Assembly: GCF_006345805.1 (NCBI RefSeq) | Contig: NC_043002.1 | Span: 23,250,001-23,314,000 of the forward strand | Length of the DNA: 64,000 nt | Source: Octopus sinensis | Taxonomy: Eukaryota | Direction of reading: 5' to 3' | In this document: piece after piece, positions 1 through 13,580 of the stretch | How the letters are laid out: the number at the start of each line of letters is the position of its first letter | Position numbering within the stretch: position 1 is the first letter of the stretch | Notes under the pieces: generated by a model | Databases searched by the model: none | Told to the model about the DNA's origin: nothing | The model's input: only the letters and a program-made list of their open reading frames with translations | Program-made: the position numbers and the translations under genes

Positions 1-162
1 CTTATGTATTTCATCCATTTACTAACTGTACTTCTCTGCCGTAATGGTTTCGCCTGGATCCAAAAAGCTGTGATAAATGAGACCGGCCGCAGACTACCAA
101 ACAGTCACCATGAAATTCTTTTAGTGAAACTTTGGCTTCAGGAAGTGCCGTAGAGCTTCGTC
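1..162 (-). pseudogene. Mariner (Hsmar1/SETMAR-like) transposase catalytic-domain fragment with stops; runs off the window edge
   Basis: Minus strand translates DEALRHFLKPKFH*KNFMVTVW*SAAGLIYHSFLDPGETITAEKYS**MDEIHK, matching the mariner motif ..PKPKLH.KK.M.TVWW...G.I...FL.PG.TIT...Y. Confidence 0.8.
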
Positions 163-797
163 AGCAGCCCTTGCCGATGATTCAGCAGCCCTTGCTATAT
201 ATATGTCATGCAGTGTCAAAATAATAATAAAGGAATATGAATGGAGTTTAGTTTCCGTTCAAAGTAAGTGCAGGGCGTTACACAGAAAGTGTAAAGCCTC
301 ATATTTCAGTAAGAAATCAATAGCAACATGATCTATTATTCCCAGATATGAGTTTTATTTTCCTCCCACATTCAAACTATCAGCTTTTGAAATCTATTTT
401 CCATCGGTGTATCTTTGTAGGATTTAAAATTTAGAGTTAAATTAAAAAGATTTCAAATAATTCTAAAGTAGTATTTTTTTTTTCTCTCATTCGTTATTTT
501 TGAGTGATTACACATATGAGATGCTTGAAGAAAGGAAAACGTTATCTAACGAGTTATAAGAATTAGGGATAGTTTTTTTTTTCTGTTTTTCTCTTTGGAT
601 TTTTTTGGAAGATTATTTGTGAGTTATGTAGAATAAATATTAAGCAATGAAGAAAATATTAAATATAAATAATAGTTTTTAGTTAGATTATAGCTTAATT
701 CTTATCTTAGCCGAAAAATCCTTTCAGTTATTTAATGCGTAATTAGTGTATGAATATGTATGCAGGTATAGTATACGGGGTATTTACGTATGTATGC

Positions 798-856
798 ACA
801 TATATATATATACCACACCCACACAACACACCACACAATATATATATATATATATA

Positions 857-912
<56 letters not shown>

Positions 913-952
913 AATATATATACATGTATATAAATATATATATACATGTGTG

Positions 953-998
<46 letters not shown>

Positions 999-1341
999 AA
1001 ATAATATATAAATATATGTATATATACATACCTATATGTACATACCTACATGCATATGTATATATACATGTATATATGGGTACAGGACATCGACAAAACG
1101 TTGAACACAATGAGAAACGAAAACATAAAAACAAAAACATAGAAATGAACTTTTTTCGAACAACGAAAAAAACAGAGAAACGAGACATGCAACATAAATA
1201 ACATTCCCCTTCTTCAGTTGTCCCTGTTTCATCTACTCCGTGTTTCGATATATATACAGTTTTATATATACTTTATGCAATGTATATTTGTATATTTTTA
1301 AAAGCATATATTATATCTGTATACACTCACACACGCGCTTA

Positions 1342-1410
<69 letters not shown>

Positions 1411-1535
1411 TGCATGTAAATATGTAAATGCATGACTGCATGCATACATACATATACATACATACATACATACATACATACATACATACATACATACATA
1501 CATACATACATACATACATGCATGCATGCATACAT
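798..1535. repeat. (TA)n and (TACA)n microsatellite cluster with a short intervening repeat
   Basis: Directly visible. It is the source of the YIYI and CMYV ORFs. Confidence 0.95.
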
Positions 1536-2424
1536 AAACACGTTGACAAGCCACACAGGAAAAGACAGAGCGCTACCTTCTGAAGCCAAGAAGATAGCTC
1601 TGAATACATGTTCCTGTCTCAATAGACGTCACCAGCACAACAGTGACACTACTGTGTCTCCAGTAGAGTGATATACTTAGATATACATCTGCAGAAAGGA
1701 GCACGACCCATTTATGGCGTAGGTGATTTGCAAAAATGAAATGCTAATAGCTAAGAGAATTAATTTCGAAGCTAATGGTGAGCGCCTTCACCATCAAAAT
1801 ATCCAAGTACAAGTCCTCCGACGAATTTACTGAGAACATTTAAATCTAAAGTCTATAATCATATTTGCTCATTCAGAAATATTGATAAAAGGGAAAACAT
1901 TTGCCTGTTTTTCTTTTTTCTTACTGAAAAACCAAAGGAATACAAACGACAAAATTAAATGGAAACTCATCGAAAACGCCGCGTCATTCTTGCAGAATGT
2001 GAACTGTCACCTGTGCGTCGTAGCTAAACTTATCCTCACTGAGGCCATCTTAAAATCAAAATTAGAGTTGACCTCCTTCGGTAAACACAAGCGTAAACCC
2101 TCAGAAAATCTTTACTACCGACAAAGCAAAGCGATATAATAGAGCAAACAAAAGACGCAGTTTAATCATCGCTTAGCTTTTCAGTACACTAACCACATTA
2201 CGTTGTGTTCTGACAAGAAGATAACGAAACATTCTCAACGTGTTCACAGAGAAGGAAATTCAGCCTTTTGTCTTTGAAATACATCCCATTCGAAAATGAT
2301 CGTCTCCAAATTATATTTTGTTTTTAATTTTACCTTATTTCATTTTTCGTTATATTTCCCCTGACGTGCACAAAGCAGAATTCAGTAAACAACTTTCCAG
2401 AACGCAAGTAAAATAGGAAGTCAA

Positions 2425-2524
2425 NNNNNNNNNNNNNNNNNNNNNNNNNNNNNNNNNNNNNNNNNNNNNNNNNNNNNNNNNNNNNNNNNNNNNNNNNNNN
2501 NNNNNNNNNNNNNNNNNNNNNNNN
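2425..2524. other. Assembly gap (100 N)
   Basis: Run of exactly 100 N, a typical placeholder for a gap of unknown size. Confidence 1.
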
Positions 2525-2554
2525 TATAGATATATAATACATATTATATATATA

Positions 2555-2595
<41 letters not shown>

Positions 2596-5500
2596 CATTA
2601 TATATATACACACACACATATATATATATATAATATATGATATTTACCACATGAACTACGATGAAAAAATATGAGAAAGATATGGTATATCATTTTTTTT
2701 ATGCAGGGGTTCCTTGAAGAATGTAATTTATTTTAAGGGTTACGCAAGGGTAAAAAGGTTGAGAAACACTGCTCTACGGCAACGAATCGGGCTGAAATAA
2801 TTGTTTCTGGTATAGGCACAAGGCCTGTAATTTTAAAGGGAAGGAATTATTCATACCATCGACCCTAGTACTTGACTAGTGCTTTATTTTATCGACACTA
2901 GAGAGATGAGTGGCGATATTGACCTCAGTAGGATTTGAGCTCAGAACGTGAAGGGCCGGAACGAGTGACACAACACAAATTATCCGACGCTCTAACGAAT
3001 CTGAAAGCTCGCTTCTTTAATTGGACTGGAATAAAAAGAAAACCACCAAAAGCTTACGTATTTGTTATAAGGGGGTTGACTGGTTCCGTAATTAGAGAGT
3101 TAGGTAAAGTACTCTGCAATATTTGTTCTGGCTCTCCACGCTAAAAGTTCATATCCCACCGAAGTCAACTTTACTTTTCATCGTTTTGGGACGAGTAAAT
3201 AAAGTACCAGTCAGGAACTGTAATTCATTCTCTTTCTCTCTGAAGGAAATCGACAGCGTTCAGGCCTTGAGAGAAATGGGTTCTACCAGGCTTAAAATTC
3301 CTATGGCAGGTTGTATGTCACAATGATGCTTCTATCACTCAGTCAATAAATGAGCTCACTGCACAAGTATTCATACACATATAAATTAATACATGTTTTT
3401 TTTTTTATATATGTAATGTTTTAAACTCAAATGCTTTTAGTTCTTCAATGGATCAAATGTAAATAACCCACAGATTAAAAACAACTTTGATCAAAAGCAT
3501 TCAAGTGATAAGTAACACTTCTTTTATTCATATAATGTACATTGAACTATATTGTTCAGATGAGAGGATGTTAGTTGAGGGAAGCTTGGTTACTATTTCT
3601 AGCAAAACGTGCAATTATATGAATTGACTTTATGTGTATTGCATACCTTTATATTATGTTATCTTATAGTTTATTAATATTATTTTATCTATGAAAGCCG
3701 TCATTTTCGAAAGGTTAAACAATTCACTTCACAATCATGATATCTCGGGTTTAATTCCACTGCGTTACGTTTTTGGTGACTACTAGCATAATTTCGAGTC
3801 AATGCAATCCTCGAGAGTGAAGTGGAATAAATGGGAACTGTAATTCAAACGTATAGCACTTATCAAGTATCGTGTCACACTGATTCGTTCTGAAAATTGC
3901 GCTACAAATAAATGTGTCTGAGAACTACTCCAACATTTATACGTTAAATAACTGCGTAGTTTAGTCGGTCGAACAACTATATACTTGTCGTTGAAACTGA
4001 CTGAGGATCTATCATCATCTTAACATGTGTGTTGTCTTATAGTTTAAGGTGAGCCGTCAGCTAATATTTTGTTCGTGTTGGTACAAATATAATTCTTTAA
4101 GCTTACATCATGGTTCGTAAGATTATGCAGGTTTACATCATACAGATGTTGTCAAATTTACATCTTCGATTTTAACATTGCTAACTTGGTATTTATAAAT
4201 CTAAACCTATATGTGACAGACCTATTTATGACTAAGCGTCAATTACGAACTGAATCTGCTCACAGCAGGTCAAATTTGTTAAAACCTTCGAAAGAGATGC
4301 CACAGATGAGCAAGCCACTAAATATGCTACTAAAATTTATACAACAAAGCTTTAGGATTTAATACAGAAGAATCGATTAAAATATCGGAGCTGTAGAAGA
4401 AAATTGATCAAAGATAGCACCAAAAGACTGCGTAGGCATATTGGTGTATTAAGAAGCAAATAATGAATGGCAAATCGTTAAAAAGACTATAATGTTCTGT
4501 CATTGGGTAACAATAAGCGCGGGAAACAAAGAAATCTTCTCCGAAAAAAAAAATGATGATCCACACAACCGTTTCTCTTTTGGGGCTGTGGACTTAAACC
4601 GCCACCCCATTTTGCATTACAACTTAGTCCTTGGGAACATCAAGTGAGGTCCTTCTGTTGTAAGCATTGGAGTCGATTCTCAGATGTGACGATAATATAT
4701 TCTTGCCTGTCTGCTACTAATTTCAGAATCTCTGAAAAGATTCATATACGTTACCGTTCCATCTCAGACTAAGCAATCCATTGTCATCACATGGAAATGA
4801 CTATGGCTTGCTTGCATGCATCATATTTTTACTTATTATTTTAAATACCTATGTGACTGTAAGCAGACATAGACACCCTCTTATTCCAGCAGAATAGTGT
4901 AGGTAGAGAGAGAGAGAGAGAAGAGGAGAGAGAGAGAGAGAGAGAAAGGGCTGTTCCAGCATCCAGTTGGTACTCATTTCAGCTGAGTAAACTAGAGCAA
5001 ATGAAATAAAGAGCCTTCCTCAAGAGTATAATATACTGCCGGGTACAGAAATTGAACTCAAACCTTATGATGGTTATCCCAGCCCTCCCACCACAAGGTT
5101 ACTACTAAGAGACAGTAATAGTAAATATATAAATGGAAAAGTTTTGCAGAACACACAACAGTAAAAACAAAACTATATCTTAGTCACAAAACAAAATCTG
5201 TTTTACTATTTTAGTGAGTGGACACTAAAACTACTGAATAACAGTATTTAATGCTGTAAAATGCAAACAACGTTGAGATATGAGGTTGAACCATTCAACA
5301 TTATTGAAACAAATATTATTGCAGCAAATAATATTCGAATATGTTGGGCGATTCAACATTTTTAAACAACTGTTATTGGAACAAGGTGTTACGTGGCTCA
5401 AGGAAATCGCAACAGAAAATTCAAACATTCTTGAATGTACTGCAAATATGTTTGCAATGCTAACAGGTCTTGTAATAATAGGAAAGCAAATCCCGATACA

Positions 5501-5715
5501 CCCAACTAAAAATTCGCTCCAACTGCTTAACTGCAAAACTTTTGGTTTTAAGAGAAACAACTCATTGTCATAGGAAATTTATTAAACGGTTAAACATGTA
5601 CTGTGTTTACTAGAATACATGGTATCAAGTAAGACTGAAGAATTGGTCTATAACTGAAGGGGCCAAGTACAAATAATATCACTGACGACAGTTTTAATCG
5701 AAGAATGTGTCATCT

Positions 5716-5934
5716 AATAATCCTTTCTACTAAAGGCACAGGGCTAAAAATTTTGGTGGAAGAGGATAAGTCGATTACATCGACCTCAGTGCATAACTGG
5801 TACTTATTTCATCGCCTCCGAAAGGATAAAAGGCAAAGTCAACCTCGGCGGAATTTGAACTCAGAACGTTTAGACGGATGAAATGCTGCTTAGCATTTTG
5901 CCCGACGTGCAAGCGAGTCTGCCAGCTCACCGCC
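5716..5934 (-). mobile_element. SINE family A (tRNA-like head AGGCGGCGAGCTGGCAGAA, central CCTTTCATCCTTTCGGGGTCGATAAA..AAGTACCAG block)
   Basis: Reverse-complement match to the many copies in this window (13581, 22231, 33893). Confidence 0.85.
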
Positions 5935-6210
5935 TGGACGTGTTACCTAATAATATTAACCGTTTGCCTGTCCTGTGTATCTCATGTGATACACAGATCG
6001 TATTTCCTTTGCGTCCGTGCATCATATATAATATATATTCCCAATTTTATTCGACCACTAGTATAATTTTAGACTTATGAAAGGGAGGCTTTATATTGCT
6101 CAGAGCTGAAATAAAGATAAACAAAAATCTGGAAACAGGCATGGCTGTTAAGGATAAATTTATAAAAATGCTTTGGACAGGCCAAGAGTTAAAGTTATTG
6201 ACAGGTATAA

Positions 6211-6723
6211 TGTGGCATTCTGTCAGTTGCGACGACGAGGGTTCCAGTTGATCCGATCGACAGAACAGCCTGCTCGTGAAATTAACGTGCAAGTGGTTGA
6301 GCACTCAACAGACACGTGAACTCAGAGTGAGAAGCGCCGGAACGGATACCACAAATTATCCGACGCTAAAACGACTTTTCTACTTCTCCACCTTATCAGT
6401 AAATGATCAATAAAAATATGTTGATAACTATATTTTACCATTAAAGACACGTGTACTCTTAATGTAGTTCTCAGGGAGATTCGGCGTGACACTGAGTGTG
6501 ACAAGGCTGGCCCTTTGAAATATAGGTATAATAGAAACAGGAAGAAAGAGTGAAAGTTGTGGTGAAAGAGTACAGCAGGGTACGCCATCACCTCCTGCCG
6601 GAGGCTCGTGGAGCTTTAGGTATTTTTGCTCTATAAAACTCACAACGCCCGGTCTAGGAATCGAAACCGCGATCCTACGACCTCGAGTCCGCTGCCCTAA
6701 ACACTGGGCCATTGCGCCTCCAC
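6211..6723 (-). mobile_element. SINE with family B head and tail E, interrupted by a nested insert
   Basis: The head GGAGGCGCAATGGCCCAGTG..GTTTCGATTCC is shared with 30336, 32298 and 52203. The tail TATTTCAAAGGGCCAG..GCACGTTAATTTCACGAG is shared with 47071. Confidence 0.8.
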
Positions 6724-6739
6724 GGCAAGTATAATAGTT

Positions 6740-7291
6740 AATAATCCTTTCTATTTTAGGCACAAGGCCTGAAATTTGGGGAAGGGTGATAGTATTCAAC
6801 TAATACTTAATTTATCGACCCCGAAAGGATGAAAAGCAAAGTCGACCTCGGCGTAATTTGAACTCAGAACGTAGCGACGGGCGAAATACTAAGCATTTCG
6901 TCCACCGTGCTAACGATTCCACAGCTCGTCGCCTTTTTAATCCTTTCTACTATAGACACAAGGCCTGAAATTTGGGGAATGGGGATAATCGATTACATCG
7001 ACCCCGAAAGGGTGAAAGGCAAAGTCGACCTCGGCAGAATTTGAACTCACAACGTTGCGATAGGCGAAATACCTATTTCTTTACTACCCACAAGGGGCTA
7101 AACACAGAGGACAAACAAGGACAGACATACGGATTAAGTCGACTATATCGACCCCAGCGCGTAACTGGTACTTAATTTATCGATCCCGAAAGGATGAAAG
7201 GCAAAGTCGACCTCGGCAAAATTTGAACTCAGACGAAATGCTGCTAAGCATTTCGCCCGGCGTGCTAACGTTTCTACCAGGTCGCCGCCTT
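6740..7291 (-). mobile_element. SINE A cluster including a concatemer junction
   Basis: Three successive A units. The junction GCGAAATACCTATTTCT lies at ~7064-7080. Confidence 0.85.
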
Positions 7292-7589
7292 TAATGGAGA
7301 AATTATTGAGTTAATGCTGTATCTGTATGTATGTCATGACCTTTTTTTGCAGTCTCCAAGACTGAGCGAGGAATAATGAGGATAACATATCTTAGTCTGG
7401 AACAAATACTTTCAGCAAAATAGTTTGATGAATGTAATGAGGGCCGCGGTGTTGGTGGAGGTAGTGGTAGGATTAAACTGAGAGAAACGGGAAACAGACT
7501 AAGTCTGTCACATAAAAGTAAATCCCATTCTGTTTACGGATGATCGTGGAAAATATTAAGATACTATTACGAGATACGAAAATCATAAA

Positions 7590-7810
7590 CCTAGCGAGTT
7601 AGATACAGAAGACAATAAATTTTCAGTTATAACAGCACTAATATAAGATAAGGAAATCCAACATGAAGGAACATTTCAGAAACAATACTACAGAGGGTTA
7701 AAATTATTGATTAAACTTAAGCTAAAAGATTAAATTAATATCCTATCCATTAAAATAAGGCTCATAAATTTTAGATCGGAGTGCAACAGGGTAATCCTAA
7801 AATCGAAAAA
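7590..7810 (+). pseudogene. Possible very old LINE RT remnant (RTE-like)
   Basis: Frameshifted pieces SVITAL..IKL..SIKIR / GVQQGNP resemble the RT motif ..IKIKRGVRQGDP. The similarity is weak. Confidence 0.3.
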
Positions 7811-8414
7811 GAAGAATTGGTTTAGATAAGAAAACTCGAAAATTTATTGCCCGATGGAGAGAATTACGTCCCCAAAGCCATTGTAAATGAAGGAGAGGAA
7901 AATCCACTAAATTGCGATTAAAGTAAATAGAAAGCAGATTCTGACAGAATAGACATATAATAATAAAAGGCGTTCCAGCAGTGACCTTTCTGTCTTTTGT
8001 ACATTTGTGATTATATTATCCTTTTTTACAACAATAAGCTGTGATATGATATAGATTTATCCCCTATTTTTGATAGGCCGACTGACGACGAAAATGATCC
8101 CGAATTGTCTCCGTAAAAGATAGAGTGTAGTAATACTGTACGTTGCGAATAAAGGGGAAATAGTGTTTGAAGTGATAATGGCTTCAAATTTTGGCACAAA
8201 ACCAGCAGTTTTAAGGGAAGAATAAGTTGGTCACATCAATACCAGTGTTCAACTGGCACTTATTTTATCGACCCCGAAAGGAGGAAAAGCAAAGGAAGCT
8301 AGAATCGTTAAGACTGACAGGTGTGTGGTACCAAGCTAATTCAAGAGAAGATAACCTGAAACACATTAACGCAGAGAAGATTTTACACGAACAGAAATAT
8401 TTGGAGTTATCTTT

Positions 8415-8481
<67 letters not shown>

Positions 8482-8975
8482 CAGACAATTGGCAGAACTT
8501 AAAAAGGTACAAGAAAGATTCTAGCTACACCACCACCACCACCACCACCACTACTACTAGGTAATCCGTTTATCATGGTCGACATGCATCTGCTCATGGT
8601 CGTGCAGGTTAAATTTTTTTTTTCAAGAAAGACTATAGTTTCCTATCCATGCAAGACTCCCTTCTCCACGTCATCGATATTTATCTATGAGAAATGATGC
8701 CGACATGGTCTGAACCAATTTAACATCAATCACGTTGAAGGTGTTGCTGTCAGAACGCAAAGAAACAGAGCAAGGCACAAGGCCCAGCGTTCGTACAGTT
8801 CGGCCATACCAACCTACCACTGAATTGTTACTTTGTTATCAACGCCAAAAGGATTAAAGTTGACTCTGGCTAGATTTGATCTCTGACCACAGAGAACCAG
8901 AACAGATACTGCGAGGCATTCTATTTATGTACGTCTTTAATGACAGTTAAATTGCTTCTGTACTCTGTTTTAGCA

Positions 8976-9028
<53 letters not shown>

Positions 9029-9225
9029 TGATGCCGGAGTAGACTCCAGCCCCGGCATCCGAAACTCTGATTTTTGTTATGACAGCCACCTAATTGTCAC
9101 ATATTATATGTATAGATAAATTCCTCTATTTACATAATATCGAGGTCTCATTCATTCTTTTGTTGTCATTTTATTATTATTATTATTATTATATTATTAT
9201 TACTATTATTATTAATACACACACA

Positions 9226-9263
<38 letters not shown>

Positions 9264-9266
9264 TAT

Positions 9267-9317
<51 letters not shown>

Positions 9318-9322
9318 TATAG

Positions 9323-9475
9323 GACGGGCTTCTTTCAGGTTCCATCAACCACATCCACTCACAGAGCTCTGATCGGCTCAGGACTATAGTAAAAGACAAT
9401 TGCCTCGGGTGCAACGCACTGGAATTGAACTCGAAACTATGGAAGCAAACTTCTTACCATACAGCCACGCCTGCG
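9323..9475 (-). mobile_element. SINE family C, 5' part
   Basis: Reverse-complement match to the C head GCGTGGCTGTGTGGTAAG..GGATTTGGTAGACGGAAACTGAAAGAAGCCCGTC. Confidence 0.8.
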
Positions 9476-9799
9476 CTATTAGAAGATAAAAGCTAAGTGT
9501 TTGATTAAAACAAATACCAGTTATGTATCAGGATCGATTAAATCGACTTCCTCTCTGCTCCAGCTTCTGTGGAACACTTGGAAATCGATACTTAATTATA
9601 GAAGAGTGCTGTACTGTAATCGTGATAGGGAATGGTCTGAAAGACAAAAGATCTAAGTATTGTTATTTTTACTTTGTGCTGCAGACTTTCTATCGAAATA
9701 ATAACATATTCCATAGCTTCTCTGTTCGTTCGTGTTCTTTTCTAATAGACTAATTAACGCTTATATTGAAAGGGGTGAGTGTGTATGTGTGTGTGTGTA

Positions 9800-9843
<44 letters not shown>

Positions 9844-9913
9844 TATGTTCTACATCATGCAGCTGTTCTACATCGTCAACGCTGTCAGTTGGCTATAACT
9901 TTCTCCCAGTATT

Positions 9914-10280
9914 AGAAATACCTTGTAGTACGCATTTATTCTGGCTCTTTACGTTCTGAGTTCAAATGCCAACCGAAGCTGACTTTGCCTTCGGGGTCGA
10001 TAAAATAAACACCAGCTGAGCACTGGACTCGATGTAATCGTTTACCCCCTCCCTCGAAATTGCTGGCCTTGTGTCAAAATTTGAACCCATTTTAGAAATA
10101 CCTTGCAGTATTTATTCCGGTTCTTTACGTTATGAGTTCAAATCACGCCGATGTCAACTTTACCTTTTATTCTTCCGGGGTCAAAAATTGGGGTGTCGGC
10201 CAATCGCTGGAGTCGAAGTAATTGGCTAGCTTCATCCTTTCAAAATCACTGGCCTTGTACCCAAATTAAAAATTATTATT
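9914..10280 (+). mobile_element. Tandem dimer of an older SINE A-like subfamily (180-bp period)
   Basis: AGAAATACCTTG(T/C)AGTA recurs at 9914 and 10094, each followed by TTTACGTT(C/A)TGAGTTCAAAT. Confidence 0.65.
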
Positions 10281-10384
10281 CAATACTACACGTGCAGGAA
10301 TGATTATATGTGGTTAAGGAGCTAATTTTGCAACCACGTGGTTTCGGGTTCAGTCCCACTACGCAGTTCCTTGGTCATGTATGG

Positions 10385-10590
10385 AAAAATGGAGACCACC
10401 TCCCCCTGTGGGATGAAGTTAAAATAATAGACAGAGAACACCACTGGAAACTACGAAAACTAAAAGAAGCAGCACATATGCTAGGACACAACCTCCTAAG
10501 CAGACCGAGTGCAGATATGAATGGCATATGGGAACCGGGATTAAGGAAGGATAGGAAAGTATTAGATTCGTAAGCCCTAAAATTCACTCC
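10385..10590 (+). pseudogene. Penelope-like element GIY-YIG endonuclease C-terminal fragment
   Basis: The ORF reads HLPLWDEVKIIDREHHWKLRKLKEAAHM, fitting the H..(F/W)D.V.II..E.....R...E pattern at the end of PLE GIY-YIG domains. Confidence 0.7.
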
Positions 10591-10599
10591 ATAATTGCC

Positions 10600-10662
10600 C
10601 ACGGGCATATGGCGTAGTGGTTAAGAGCGCGGACTACTAATCAGTTCGATTCCAGGCAGTGA

Positions 10663-10701
<39 letters not shown>

Positions 10702-10880
10702 CAACAACAACATCGAAAAATACCTTAGGAATGAGAACCCATGTTCGAAATTTCCCCGAGACGAAGGCTGGAGGATATGTCAGCCGAAATGTTGTGTTAA
10801 AAACAAACAAGATGAGGACAAATATCGGTCAAATGTAAATAATGTACATAATTCCTCATCTCTTAAATATAGAACTATAT
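10600..10880 (+). mobile_element. tRNA-like head, then (AAT)n(AAC)n, then a PLE-type terminal segment with a decayed hammerhead-like core
   Basis: A box TGGCGTAGTGG and B box GTTCGATTCC. Later GACGAAGGCTG-GAGGATATGT-CAGCCGAAATGTT (5-bp stem II followed by GAAA). Confidence 0.55.
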
Positions 10881-13580
10881 ATACATTAGGGTGCACAAGG
10901 CGCTTACCTGCTAGAAAGAATAGTTAAAACCCTCATTTAAACCACCAATAACACTGAAACATACGGCAGAAAATCAACAGTAGTTGTGTTTGTGTTTGTG
11001 CTCTGTTTATATTTCTTTGCTAGACAAACGGTTTCGGTTTGTTTGCGTTCCCGTAGGTTAGGGAATCAGCAAAGCAGTTGATAGAATAAGTACCAGTCTT
11101 TAGAAAAAAGTAGGGACTGAGATTGATTTGTTCTACTAATCCATTCAAGGTGGTGCTCCAACATGACCACAGTCCTTTGACTGAAACAAGTTAAAGATAG
11201 AAAAGACAAAAGATTAGAAAGAGTACGTGATGTACTCTAAAGACGATGCTATAATAATTAATTCCATGTACATTCAGCTTTACCGTAAAGGGGAAAACAT
11301 AATTAGCTAATTAAAATCTAGACCCAGTTGCATCTTTCTCTCTCTCACTCCCTCTCTCACTCCCTCTCTCTCTCCCTCACTCTCCCCTCTACCACTCTTT
11401 CTATCTATCTCTTTCTCAGCTGTCACCGCTCTACACTCAGAACAGAATAAATGGTTACAGTTTAAGACAAACATAAGAAATTATGTTGTAGATTCGTGTC
11501 TTAAATGTCATGTAGTTTATTAATTATAAGTAGAGGAACTCGTGGGAATTCCACGTTTTGTAGGTATTTTGGTGCCTAAATTTATATATTTTTATTTGTC
11601 TTCCATTTTGTTTGAAATTTGAATTATATTTTTGATTTTTTTCCCCAAAAGTTAAACAAGTTTAAAGTGTCACTCTCATACATGTTTTTGGTCAAGGCAA
11701 CAATCTGGCGGAATCGTTGGAGCGTCGGAGAAAAAACTGACTTACCAAATTTGCTCCAGTTCTTCTTTTTTTTAGTTCAAATCTTCCCGAGGTCATTTTT
11801 GGTACCAGTCAGAGTACTCGGGTCAATGGAAACGACTATCATCCTCCTTTCAAAATCGCTGGCTTCGTACCTAAATTAGAATCCATTATGTTAAATCGTT
11901 CGATTTTCTTCCATAGTTAATGTTGTTTACAGCTTAATATTGGAACACACAAACGTCAAAACGACCAAAACATAATTACTATTATAATATTATAAAGTAC
12001 ACTGCCGGTCTTCCAGCAACTGAAGGTCCGGAATCTCCTTTAATCCGGACAAACTACATGAGGAGCTTGAAATTCGCGTGGCCACTAATCCGGTTCACCG
12101 CGTGACTGCAGGTGGCGTTGTGTGTACCTTATGCTTACAAGCATTATTTACACTGCAAATGTAAGCGCTGGCGGATCCTCTGCTTATTTAGTATAAAGTT
12201 ACCCTAAGCTATAGCTACAACAAGTAAGAGCGTCAACGATAGATTTATCTAAATAAGTATTCTGTGATTTTTTAATTTAAGTCTCTTCCTGTTCATTGTA
12301 CTTTAGACTTAGCATGTCTTAGGAAGTACTCAGGAAGTGCATAATTAGTAGTTTAGAGATGTGTTGATGAATCATTATTACGTGTCCACAGATGGTCCGG
12401 CCAAAAGGTTAATCCGTTAAGGCTTTGGAATCAAGAATATCGGAAAATTAGCAGTGTACCCATATAATTATAATATAATGACATAATATTATGTAATATA
12501 ATATTTCAACAATTTCTAAGATTGGCACAGTGAGCCATCGACAATGGCAAATCCATTGCTTAACTAGAAATTTATTTTACCACACACACACGGGAAGACG
12601 GAAAAATAAAATCTGGTCTCGTGGGTTTGTAACTCAGAGCAGAAATGGATGCTGCTACATCCTGTAAGGCAATTTTCCCATTCTTCATCTTCCACAATTC
12701 TGATTTAGGCCCAAAACCAGATATCTTAAGGAGAAAGCGTTACGCTTCATACTTTATTTTATTTATCCTTAAGAAATGAAAGCAAAGTTTAATTTACTTC
12801 GGCGGGAATCGAACTCCGAACATAAAGAGCCGGAATAAATATCACGAAACATTTTTTTTCAACACTTTAATGATTCTGTTTATCCAAAGATCTTGCTAAC
12901 CCCCTCATGATTGAAGGGAAAGAGTTGGTCGATAACATCAACCTCAGTACATGATAAGTAATTTATTTTACTGATCCCGGAAGGATAAAAGGCAGAATTA
13001 ACTTCGATGAGATTTCAACACAGAACATATAGAAACATAATTAATTCGTGCTAGAAATACTAACCGTCGCTCTACCAATTCTGCTCCGAGATAATAACGA
13101 TTTCTTATATAGACATGAGGCCTCACATTTAGGGATGGCTAAAGCAAAAATGTGTAAAAATAGTGATTGGGTATCGGGCTTACAATCGTCAAGTGGTGAG
13201 TTCGATTCTCGGCCAGGACGGTGCGTTGTAATCTTGAGCAAGGCTCTTCATTCCACGTTATTTCAGTCCAGGAAGTGAATACTGCAAGGAATTTAATTCA
13301 CAAGACTATCGACTCTGGCCAGTCCACGTTACTCCGGAAGGAGCATAGAGCCGGTTAACCAGTTTCTTGAGCGTATATATTCTTCCCAAGACAGGACGCG
13401 AAATTTTTTTCCCACTAGAGTTCCGAACCCCAGTAATGAACTCATTTGCATATAGCCAACCAGAGCAGAGCCACCTTTATCTTTTCTTCCTTTCTAGTCA
13501 GCATCGTGCATTCTTTACTCTTTCCTTCTCTACTGGCAAATAGCAACTTCTCCGTCTAGCTTAATGTTTGCTTCTTTTTA

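Noticed and set aside
1190-1250. GAAAC...CTGAAGAAGGGG on the minus strand, resembling a permuted hammerhead
   Set aside because: There is no helix II partner or valid helix III/NUH site in this copy.
1577-1688. Minus-strand exon-like segment (CTGCAG acceptor, one open frame)
   Set aside because: The donor is weak (GTAGCG), the peptide is unrecognised and there is no phase-compatible neighbour.
5231-5573. Overlapping ~100-aa ORFs on both strands in unique sequence
   Set aside because: No recognisable domain or convincing splice sites; compatible with chance.
12020-12054. CTGAAG-GTCCGGA..TCCGGAC-AAAC hammerhead look-alike
   Set aside because: A9 and G12 are replaced by a G-C pair, and there is no stem I or cleavage triplet.
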